Below are positions 1-9,709 of a DNA stretch of 20,000 nucleotides, piece after piece. The stretch's first letter is position 1. Each line of letters opens with the position of its first letter. A program made the translations under genes and the position numbers. The notes under the pieces are model-generated. The model saw nothing but the letters and a program-made list of their open reading frames with translations. It ran no database searches and was not told the origin of the DNA. This stretch comes from Rhizaria sp. SCN 62-66. Its lineage: Eukaryota. The DNA is taken from positions 46,258 through 66,257 of the forward strand of contig MEDY01000136.1 of NCBI GenBank assembly GCA_001724265.1. The letters run 5' to 3'.

Positions 1-3000
1 GACAGCAGCAGCGACCTCGCCGTTGCCGCGGCCGTTGGCGACGCGAACGGCGCGCTGATGAACTACTCCGACCAGGACGACGACGTCGAGGATAGCGACT
101 ACGAAAACGACGCCAAGGCAGTCGCTGAAGCTGTCGCCGCTGCGGAGGCTGCGGCGGCGGCCGCGGGTTTTTCCATTTGCGATGACGACGACGACCACAA
201 CGGCAATCAGAACTATCCGCCGCCGTCGCTCACGCTCAGCCTCAGCCACAGCAGCCACGGCCAAACGAGCCAGAGCCAAAGCCAGAGCCAGAGCCAGCGG
301 CAGAGCGCCGTTGCAGGTGCGCGTGTGAGTGCGAGCGCGAACCCTCCGACGGTTCCACCGCGCCCCAACGTGAACGGCGCCAACACGGGCGCAAGCTCGA
401 GCGCTAGCGCCAACAGCGACGTCAGCTTCGCGCTGCAGTCGCAGTCGACGCTCTCGGCCTCGTCGCCGTCGCTGTCCCCGTCGCAGCTCTCGCTCGCGGT
501 CTCGGTGCCCGCCTCGGCGCCCGCCTCGGCCGCCGGCTCCGGTCCCAGCACCCCCCGCCTTGCCCATACTAGCGGCAACAACGCGGGGGCGGTGACTGCC
601 GGTCTAGCCGTCCCTTCGGCGCGCGCCACGAACAACAGCTCGTTCACCACCAACTCGAGCCCCGGCACTGGTAGCGGCGGCGGCAACGGTGCAGCCCCCG
701 CGGCGCCCCAGCTCTCGCCCGCCAGCAGCGGCCATAGCGCGGCCAGCGCGGCCGCGAGCGCAGGCTCCAGCTCGCTGTTCCGCCACCAAGCCGCCGCCGC
801 CGCTGCCGTTACTGCCGCGGGCGCCGCGTCGTCGTCGCTGTCCCCGGTCGCGGGGTCGCCCCACGGGATCCCCGGCTCCGGCCCCGGCCCCAGCGCCGGC
901 GCCGGCTCCGGCGTGAGTGTAAGTGCGAGCTCCGGCAAGAGCAAGGTGGTCCCGCACGCCGACGCGCGCGCGCGCAACGAGCTGCAGGCGACGGTGGCGC
1001 GGCACGAGCGGCGCGTGCCGCCTGCGGGCGGCGCCGAGTACATCGCCTACGAGATCGCCGTCGCGCGGCCGCCGCTGCAGTGGGCCGTGTGGCGCCGCTA
1101 TAGCGAGTTTCGCGAGCTCGACGCGCAGCTGCGCAAGCTCGACGCCGTGCGCGGCGTGCGCTTGCCCGCGCTGCCCAGCCGCAAGATGTTCGGCAGCCTC
1201 AAGGAGTCATTCGTCGACCAGCGCAAGGCGCAGCTCACCGTCTACTGGGACGAGCTGATGCTGCTCATCGACGTTGTCGGCTCCACCAAGCCCTTCCTGA
1301 CCTTCATCGGTGCGCTCAGGGTGCCCGTTGAGCCCACCGCGGCGCTCGCGGAACTGCAAGTACGTCACAACTTCTGTCGTTGGATTAGAAGATATCTTGC
1401 AAATATGTGTGATTATAATTCTAGTAAAATAATACTATTCCAGAAAGAACTTCCAAATTCCCGCTCATCGCTTGCTCTCGATTTTTTATTCTCTTTCTTT
1501 CCAGGACCGCTTTGTGCGCATGCAGACGCTGTTGACGATCGCGCGCGAGGGCGACGTGGTGCTGTTTCAGACGGCGGGCCTGCTGCAGCGCCTACACCGC
1601 GGGCTACTGAGCACCGAGTACGACCACGTGGGAATCGTGATCCGCATCCCCGAGTTCTCGACCTCGCCGTCGTCGCTGTTCCTCATGGAGGCCACCACGG
1701 ACGGCGTGCTCACCTACCCGCTGCGCCGCCGCCTGCTCGCCTGGTCCTCGTGCGGCGCGCACCTGGCCTACCGCTCGCTGCGCATGCCGCGCTCGCGCGC
1801 CACGGCGACGGCGCTGGCGGACTTCGTGCAGGCCAACGACGGCAAGCCCTACTCGTTCACGCCTGCCAAGCTGCTGCGCCGCGCCTCGCTCAACAACGAG
1901 CGCGGCGAGGCCGACGCCTTCTTCTGCTCGGAGCTCGTCGCCTCGGCGCTTAAGTCGGTCGGCGCGCTCGCGGACCCGCGGCCCAGCTCGTCGTACCTGC
2001 CCGCCTCGTTCGGTGCCAAGGCTGCCACGCCGCTGCTCATGGCCGAGGGCTGCTCTTTCGCCGACGAGGTCCTCATCGAAGTCAAGCCGCTCGAGGTCTA
2101 CTTCGCCAAGGAGGTTGCCGAGTCCGGCTCCGGCATCGGCGTCTACTCACCGGCGCGCAACGGCTCCGGTCTGTCTGCGGCGGCGCTGGCGAGCGCCCAC
2201 GCGGCCAACGCGGCGGGCGGCACCGGGCGCGGGCGCGGCGGCGACTACGGCTACGGCGGCAGCGGCAGCGTGAGCGTGAGCGGCAGCATGCGCGGCAGCG
2301 GCACCAGAGCCCTCGCGGCTGGCACCGCGGCGGCCACCGCGGCCGCGGCTGCTGCGGCGGCGGCCGCCGCGGCGGAGGCCGACTTGTACAGCAGCATACG
2401 CTCGACGTTCGGCAACGACAGCAGCGCGCAGAGCACTTTCGGCGACGACATCTACGTCAACAACGGCACGGGGGCTAGGGCAGGCGCCGGCGGCTTTGGC
2501 ACCGGCTACGACTCTGCGTTCGGCTCCGGCTCGCCGTACGGGGACGAGTCTGAGCCCGACACGCCGTCGCCCGCCACGAACGTCTTCGCCCTCTCCAACT
2601 CCAGCTCTGGCTCGAGTGCCAACGCCGGCGCGAGCGCCAGTAGCGGCGTCAGCAGTAGCGGCAGCAGCAGCGCGCACCGGAGCGGGGTGGGCCACTACGC
2701 GATGCGCAACTCGCCGCGGCTGCCCGCGCGCACCGCCAACGCGCACGCCGCGGGCAGCGGCGGTGGCAGCGGCAGCGGCGCGGTCACGGGGTACAACGGC
2801 GGCCAGCTGCAGCAGCTGCAGCACTTTGGCACTGGCAGAGTCACCAGAAGCGCCAACATCCACAGCGCGAGCGCGAGCAATGCTAACTCCAGCTCTGGCT
2901 CTGGCTCTGGCTCGAGTGTCAGTGGCGGCGGCTTCACAGTCGTGGCTGCGCCTGGGCCTGCGCCTCTCACACTCAACAGAAGCACGAGTAGAGCGAGAGC

Positions 3001-3367
3001 CAACTCGAGCTTTGTCAATGTCACTACAAGCTCAAGCTCCAGCTCTGGCGCAAATGCAGGCTCTGGCGCGTCTCAATCCTTTGACTCAAGCACCAACGCC
3101 AATGTTAATGCTCACAACTCGAACAGCGCTGACTCTAGCACTGCGGCCGCTGCCGGCGATAGAAGGCCCAGTCTGTCCCAGAGGACGTCGGCGCCCGCGC
3201 TGCCGCTGCCCGCGCTGCCCCCGCTCGCCCACAACGCGCACGGCAGTGCTGACGGCGCCGCTGTCAACGAGAGCTTCGACCACAGTAGTCCCGCCAACGA
3301 GGACAATTGCGGCGATCAGTCTGACTCTCGCGACGACGCCGATGACGCTGTCGACGACGGCACCTAG
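1..3367 (+). CDS. PX domain + permuted papain-like (NlpC/P60, YiiX/YaeF C92-type) amidase/peptidase protein with long S/A/G low-complexity regions; 5' end probably outside window; exons <1..1359 and 1505..3367 under the standard code (frame continues to TAA 4303)
   Basis: Frame is open from base 1. PX-like segment ~985-1320 (YIAYEI..WAVWRRYSEFRELDAQL..LPALPSRK..FVDQRKAQL..YWDEL). GTACGT..CCAG phase-0 intron 1360-1504 joins ELQ to DRFVRMQ. GDVVLF..YDHVGIV (His 1625-1627)..GKPYSF..FFCSELVA (Cys 1925-1927): His-before-Cys order typical of permuted NlpC/P60 enzymes. Confidence 0.8.
268..297 (+). repeat. (AGCCAG)n hexamer microsatellite encoding SQSQSQSQSQ
   Basis: agccag agccaa agccag agccag agccag read directly. 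Confidence 0.8.
1360..1504 (+). other. Spliceosomal intron (145 nt, phase 0) in gene 1
   Basis: GTACGT donor, AT-rich body, polypyrimidine tract, CCAG acceptor; joins ORF 58.. frame to ORF 1472.. frame. Confidence 0.9.
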
Positions 3368-4303
3368 AGTGACTGCGCCGACTACCACGGCCACGATGGC
3401 GAGTGCGAGAACAGTGACAGCGACTGTGAACAGCTCCGCGACCAGAGCGCAGTCAACTGGGAGGAGGCCGCGACCAAGGCCTACGCGTCTCCGAAGCACT
3501 ACAGCCGGAGCAGCGGCAACACCCCGGGCACGCCCAGTCTCTGCGCCCTTGGTGCGTCGCATAGAACCGCGAGCACCGGCAGCAACCACAACCACATCGC
3601 CGGCGCTGCTTCTGCTGCTCTTGGTGGCCCGAGTGTGCACGTGTCAGCGTCCGCGTCGCCGTCGCCGATCACGGTCACGCGCGCGCTGCTGCGCACGCAC
3701 TCAAGCGCCAGCTCGCAATCGCACTCGCTCTCGCTCGCCCTCAACAACAACAGCAACGGCAACTCCAATGTCGCTGGCTCGGGCACGAGCTCGCGGGCCG
3801 GATCGCGCGCCGACACGACGGCCGCCGCGGCCGCAGCAGCATCGGCAGCAGCCGCAGCCGCAGCGGCGTCCGTGTCCGTCTCGGCGTCGACGTCGACGGC
3901 GCACAGCTCACCCGGCGCCGCCGGCGGGGCTCTGGCCGCGACGACGACCGCTGGCGCGAGCGCCGGCGGCGCGGGCGGCAGCACCTACAGCCTGGGCTCC
4001 GGCTCCGTGCTGGGCGGCTCGACCGCGAGCAGCGCCAACTCGCTCTCGCAGCTGCAGCAGGAGATGCAACACTCGCACACGCACCTGCAGGCGCTCTCCG
4101 CGGCGCAACTGCAGCACGGGGGCTCCGAACACGGCCACTCCGGCCCGTCCGGCCAGCCGCAGCCGCAGCCTCAAGGCCAAGGTCAGGGCCAGCAGGGTGG
4201 ACTTTGGGCGCGCGTCAACGAGGGCGCGCTGGGCATGCCGCGGCTCGTGGCGAGCCCCGAGAATGAGTCCGAGCTCGTCATTGGCCGCTGGAAGGGCATC
4301 TAA
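3368..4303 (+). CDS. In-frame continuation of gene 1 after TAG 3365-3367 (311 codons + TAA)
   Basis: Same frame as exon 2, no stop from 3368 to TAA 4301-4303. Same GC-rich, S/A/G/Q-rich codon style; ends in non-low-complexity GGLWARVNEGALGMPRLVASPENESELVIGRWKGI. AT-rich UTR-like DNA starts only after ~4320. Confidence 0.6.
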   Translation, partial: SDCADYHGHDGECENSDSDCEQLRDQSAVNWEEAATKAYASPKHYSRSSGNTPGTPSLCALGASHRTASTGSNHNHIAGAASAALGGPSVHVSASASPSPITVTRALLRTHSSASSQSHSLSLALNNNSNGNSNVAGSGTSSRAGSRADTTAAAAAAASAAAAAAAASVSVSASTSTAHSSPGAAGGALAATTTAGASAGGAGGSTYSLGSGSVLGGSTASSANSLSQLQQEMQHSHTHLQALSAAQLQHGGSEHGHSGPSGQPQPQPQGQGQGQQGGLWARVNEGALGMPRLVASPENESELVIGRWKGI

Positions 4304-4814
4304 CTCGCGCAGTGTCACTCTGAAACTTCTAGTTTTGTGATCTGTTTATTCCTTCTGTGTACTGGTACTACACGCTACTTAGTCTTCTTTTTTTTCTCTT
4401 AGTATCTGCTTCTGTTTTATCTTATTTCTTAATCCTATGCTTTCATAGCATGACGTTGTTTGTTTCCCTGTTGCATCCCACTCCCCTCTCCAATCTCTTC
4501 TTCGCTTCACTAGACATGCGCTATTTTCACAATAACAAGTATTATTTTGTTATGTTGGCCTGTTTTTGATGTGCGTCACTTATATCTACACACTTCACAG
4601 TGGTTTTCTCCCCGTTACCTTAGCCCCTCCTCTTCGAACAAACATGCAGACTCAGATGTACCTTTTTGCTTTTATCACGTGTGCATATTATTTATCAGTG
4701 TTGAAACAACATACACTATTATTTTATTACTCACTTGAATTAGCTCGATGGTCTGTATTTCCGGTGTTTTACCATCGTCAAATTCATTCCAACCACATCT
4801 CGCTTGACGCGTGA

Positions 4815-5075
4815 CCGATGATGCTTTGCTCACAGTCGCGGGGGGTGACTGTGGGCAGACTCTGGGCCGACGATCGACTGCGAATCGCCAATCGTTGCCC
4901 ACCTTTGGCGACGTCGAAGTGGGGTTTGACATTTATGTATTTGGTTGTAAATTTTGTATGTCATGGGGCAAGGGCATGATTGTCGTAGCATTTAACAGTT
5001 TTGCGCTGGACGTTGGCCCTGCGCCAGGGGACCTGCTTTGATGGAGGAGAGCAAAGATCCATCTACTATCTGACT
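4815..5075 (+). ncRNA. Candidate structured RNA of unknown class
   Basis: 13-15 bp hairpin 4825-4859 whose only non-Watson-Crick pairs are G-U on +; further stems 4874-4917, 4927-4963, 5017-5029. No family recognised. Confidence 0.3.
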
Positions 5076-5366
5076 CAGCCGTCTATTTTCGTCTCTCCGC
5101 TCCCGTCGGTTGTCATTATAGCGATTCTTTCACCGCACACGGCCTAAAGCTGCTGTTTTATTTGCTGTTACCACTATCGCTTTCCTTTTCTTTTTTATCC
5201 TGTCCCTCTACACCTCTATTGATCCCCCATGCTACTCGTACCGATCTGTTATTACTCTCCATCGATGCTCCAATCCTATGTCAGCTGTCCTAATTTGCTC
5301 ACAAACAACATATGTTATATATCTCTTTTAATTGGTCTGCCTACTTGTTGTAAAACGTAGAGCTCG

Positions 5367-8300
5367 ATGTCTAACCTCATCGAGAAGCAGTGCACGCTGC
5401 TCATCCCCTTCGACACCTCCGTCGAGGAGCGCAAGGAATCGACTCTTATGGTACGTAAACGTCGAACTACACATAAAAACGCGCTTAAATCCTAACCACG
5501 CGTGTCAGAGGTTGCTTCTTGCTACGAATTTTGATCCTCGCTCCGTTTTTCTAAGAGGCTAACGCCAATCAGCTCCACCTCGCCCAATGCACATCCTTTC
5601 TCACCCCGTCACTCTCCTTCTCGCGCGCGCTCGCTTGCCCTTCGTTTGCATTCTTCTTTCTTAGAGTCAGCTTGAGTCTCCCGATGACGAGGTGAAGATT
5701 GCGACGCTGAAGGAGATTATTGTGCGCATGCTCAACGGCGACCAGTTCCCCAAGGTCCTCATGGGCGTCATCAAGTACTGCACGCGCTCCGAGAACCACA
5801 CCATCAAGAAGCTCGTCCTGGTCTTTTTCGAGATTGTGGAGCGGAAGTCGGCCGACGGCAAGCTGCTGGCGGAGATGATCCTTATTTGCGACGCGATGAA
5901 GGCGAACCTGAACCACGCGAACGAGTTCATCCGTGGCAACACGCTGCGCTTCCTGACCAAGGTGCGCGACCGCCAGATCATCGAGTCGCTCGTGGCCGAC
6001 GTCATCACCAACCTCTCGCACCGCCACTCGTACGTGCGCAAGTACGCCGCGCTGGCCGTGCACGCCGTCTACGAGGCCTGCCCGGACCTAATCCCCGATG
6101 CGCCGGAGCTGGTCGAGGCGTTCCTCTTCGCGGAGTACAACCCCGCCGCGAAGCGCAACGCGCTGCTCTTCCTGCTGCACTGCGACCCCGCGCGCGCGCT
6201 GGGCTACCTCAACTCGATCCTGCCTACGGTGCACCTGCTGGGCGAGTCGACGCTGCTGGTCGTGCTCGAGCTCGTGCGCAAGGTCGTCGCGTCCACACCC
6301 GCCGTCAAGGGCCAGTACCTCCGCGCGGTGCACAACATGCTCTCGCAGTCTACGTCCACGCCCGTTGTGTTCGAGGCTGCCAACACGCTCGTCGCGCTCT
6401 CCGCCGCGCCCACGGCCGTGCGCGCCGCCGTCGGCGCATACTGCCAGGTCATGACCAGCTCCTCTGACAACAACGTCAAGTACGTCCTGTGGCTTAATTA
6501 TTCCTTGCTCTTTCATTTGAAGTGAAAAACCACTCGTTTTTGAACTGTTCCTTTGAAACTCTCTCACAAACAAATTATACTTCATACTTCTGTGTTCCTT
6601 ATCTTTTAGGCTGATTGTGCTGGCGCGTCTGGCGAAGCTCAAGGCGCGGTTCGCGAGCATCCTGCACGAGCACGTCAACGACATCCTGCAGCTGCTGGCG
6701 ACGCCCAACAGCATCATCCGCCAGCAGGCCGTCGCGCTCGCGCTCGACCTCGTCACCGGCAGCTCTGTCGACGCGCTCGTCACCGCCTTCCGCAAGCACC
6801 TGCTCCTCTCGCAGAGCTCCGCCGCGGGCGCCAACGGCGCCGCCGCCGCCGGGGCTGCTGCGGGCGCCGAGCAGCTACAGCAGCAGCAGCGCTCGTCCGC
6901 AGAGGCGTTCCGCAAGCTCCTGATTGAGGCGTTACACCGGTGCGCCGTGCAGTTCCCCTCGGTCGTCCCGGCGGTGGCGCCGACGCTGATCGCGTTCCTG
7001 TCGGAGCCGACACCGTGGGTAGCCGCGCTGGTGGTGCAGTTTCTCCGCGAGGTCGCCGAGGAGCACCCCGCGCTGCGCCCCGAGCTGCTCGCGCGCCTTG
7101 CCGCCGCGCTCGCCTCAGTCCGCTCCGCCGCCGCCCTCCGCGGCGCGCTCTGGATCCTCGGCGAGTACGCGGGCGTCAGCGAGGGAGTCACCGACGCGGC
7201 GCTTTCCCGCGCCGTCGCCGCCGTCGCCGCGGGCGCGGAGTCCGGGCTTGTGCTTGCCGAGGCCGCCGCCGCGGGCAACGCCGCCCGCGGCTGTCTCTCG
7301 GCCCTGCTCGCCGCGACGGAGCCGCTGCCCATCACGGGCACCGGGGCTGTTCCCGCCGAGGACGGCGCCGCGGCCGGCGCGCCCGTCGAGGGCTCGCCGC
7401 TGCGCGTCATGTTGGCGGGCTCTGAGCCATTCCTGGCGACGGCCGTGGCGACGTGCGCGGCCAAGCTGCTGCTGCGTCTGCGCAAGCTCTCACGCGCGCT
7501 GCGGGCGCCCGTGCCGCTGCCGTCGCCGCGCGACTCTGCGCGCGCGCTGCTGCTCGCGACCTCGCTGCTCACCGTCGCCGCGCCCGTGCTCTCGACGGAC
7601 CCCAGCGCGCCGCGCGCGCCGCAGGAGGTGCTGCTCGAGTACCGCGACACGGCGCGCGCGCTCGAACACGACTCAGCCGAGCGCCTGCTGCTGTGTCTGC
7701 GCACCATGATGTCGCTGCACAACGCCGCCGCGGCCGACGGCGGCGAGGACGCCGACGCCGCCATCGCGGCCGCCGACGCGCTGCTCACCGGCGGCCGCGA
7801 GTCGTACCTGCTCGCGCTCCAGGACCAGCGCCGCCGCACCGCCGCCGCGCACTCCAGCTCCAGTTCCAGCGCCGGTGCCGGCGCTGCCGCGGGCGGCACC
7901 GTGGGCGTTGACCGCAGCGGCGTCAGCGGCGCCGACACGGGCTTCGGCTCGGGCGCACGCGAGGCCGCCTCGGCCGCCGCGGCGCTGGGACTGCCGGCCT
8001 CGGAGGCGACCGTGGGCAGCGGCAACGGCGACGGTAGCAGCCTCGCCAGCCCCGTGTCGAGCGGCAAGAGCAAGACGGGCGGGGCCATCGCGCGCGCCGC
8101 GGCGGCCGCTGCTGCCGCGGCCGCGGCCGTGCACAACAGCGGCACCGTGGCCGCGGCGGCTGAGGTAGACGCCATCATCTCGATCCGGCAGCTGCGCCGC
8201 GGTGCGGACGCGGCGGTCGAGGCCGACATGGGCGAGGGGGACGGCGACGGCAGCGGCAGCGGCGCGGGCAACACGGCCGTCAATACGGCCGACGACCTGG

Positions 8301-9133
8301 ACGTCGCGCTGCACGGCCGCAACACGCGCTCGGTGCTGGACTTGAGCAAGCTGGACCGCGTGTTCCAGCTCACCGGCTACGGCGACCCCGTGTATGCGGA
8401 GGCGCAGGCCACGGTGCTCGAGTTCGACCTGCTGCTCGACGTCACGCTCGTCAACCAGACGGGCAAGCTGCTGCAGAACGTTGGTCTGGAGCTCCACACG
8501 TCGTCGGACATCCGCCTGGTGGACCGCCCGCAGCGGCTCGCGCTGCCTGCACAGGGCTCCGTGACGGTGCAGTGCGCCTTCAAGCTGCTGCGCACCGAGT
8601 CGGGCACCGTGCTGGGCAACCTCTCGTTCGATTCACCGCGCGGCGGCAGCGAGGCGCAAACGGTGATTTGCCTCAACCCGGTGCAGATCGACATCCTCGA
8701 CTTCATCCTGCCCGCCTCGTGCGCGGACGCCGCGTTCCGCACGATGTGGGCCGAGTTCAAGTGGGAGAACAAGATCACGGTCAACACGGACATCACGTCG
8801 CCCACGGCATTCCTGGCACACGTCATCGGCATCACGCACATGCGCTGCCTCACGCCGCCCACGGCTCTGGCGGGCGCGTGCTCCTTCCTCTCGGCCAACC
8901 TCTGCGCGCAGAGCATCTTCGGCGAGACTGCGCTGATGAACCTCTCCGTGGAGCGCACTGCCGAGGGCACGCTGGCCGGCTACATGCGCATCCGCGCCGT
9001 CACCCGCGGCATCGCGCTGGGGCTCGGCGGCAAGCTCATGGCCAACCAGCGCGCCGCTAAGGCCAACAACAGCCTCGGCGGCGCCGCCGCGCCCCTGACC
9101 ACTATCCAGGTCCAAGCCGGCGGCTCTGAATGA
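5367..9133 (+). CDS. COPB1: Coatomer subunit beta (beta-COP); exons 5367..5450, 5665..6479, 6610..9133; ~1140 aa
   Basis: N-terminus MSNLIEKQCTLLI; motifs HTIKKLVLVFFEIV, EMILICDAMKANLNHANEFIRGNTLRFL, HRHSYVRK, SDNNVK/LIVL restored by splicing, ALWILGEY, QLTGYGDPVYAEA, FRTMWAEFKWENKI, FLSANL.AQSIFGE.ALMNLS, RIRA..RGIALGLG. Ends TGA. Confidence 0.97.
5451..5664 (+). other. Intron 1 of beta-COP (214 nt, phase 0)
   Basis: GTACGT..ttctttcTTAG; an alternative in-frame CAG acceptor ends at 5670. Confidence 0.85.
6480..6609 (+). other. Intron 2 of beta-COP (130 nt, phase 2)
   Basis: GTACGT..tcttTTAG; AA+G rebuilds Lys of conserved NNVKLIVL. Confidence 0.95.
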
Positions 9134-9709
9134 GCACGCATGATGAAGCAAAGCTGTTAAGTGAAAGGGCTTCGAGCATGTTAAGGCCATGACAAGCCAA
9201 GCAAACTAGGGCCATGTTGTGCTTGCATGCAATCGTTTATATATAATATAAGAAAATGTTGGACCATCAAGCTGTCTACTGTTGTATCTTGATTAATTAC
9301 AAAGAACGCGTCCATAAACGAGTACAATCTAGAATTATCAATCCTGATGCGTCATACGGTTCAGAGAGATGCATATAAGCGTCCGTTCATGTTTGTTTGA
9401 ATAGTAAGCTGGATGTTCGCAACGTGTTGAAATACATCTGTATATGGTGTTTGATGAATGTTATTTGATGGTGTTGTTTTTTTGTTATTGGTAATTTGTC
9501 CGATTACGCATGCAAGTCGTAACAGAAACAACTGAACGTTTTTGGTTGAGAGAAATAGCTTTGTTGTTGATATCATAGGTAAAACCAAGCTATTAGCGAA
9601 TCATCAAATCATTGCCACGAAAGAGAAAAACATATTAGAAAAAAAAGACAAAAAGAAGAAAGACAATTCTGAGCTCATGGCGCGAGAGCGTGCAGAGACG
9701 ACTGTCGCT

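Noticed and set aside
1360-1953. ORF 58..1953 read through as one unspliced CDS
   Set aside because: 1360-1504 is an AT-rich intron; the conserved catalytic motifs lie in the other frame after 1505.
3350-3367. 18-nt GT..AG micro-intron (GTCGACGACGGCACCTAG) that would remove the TAG in frame
   Set aside because: Donor GTCGAC does not match the invariant GTACGT, no pyrimidine tract, and other introns are 130-299 nt. Not formally excluded without RNA-seq.
4357-4814. Small hydrophobic ORFs in spacers (4357..4814, 14919..15224, 9361..9588)
   Set aside because: T-rich UTR/intergenic sequence lacking the genome's GC-rich codon usage.
4815-5075. Specific identification as U3, U4, SECIS or pyrrolysine-insertion element
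   Set aside because: Lacks U3 GAC/A'/A boxes and U4 kink-turn sequence; the recoded candidate codon is TAG not TGA, and nothing supports pyrrolysine.
6088-8373. Long antisense and alternate-frame ORFs (e.g. 6088..8373 -, 2496..4340 +, 12816..14378 -, 15583..16761 +, 9542..10204 +)
   Set aside because: They shadow recognisable genes; high GC and strong codon bias suppress stops in other frames; translations are R/A/P-rich with no motifs.
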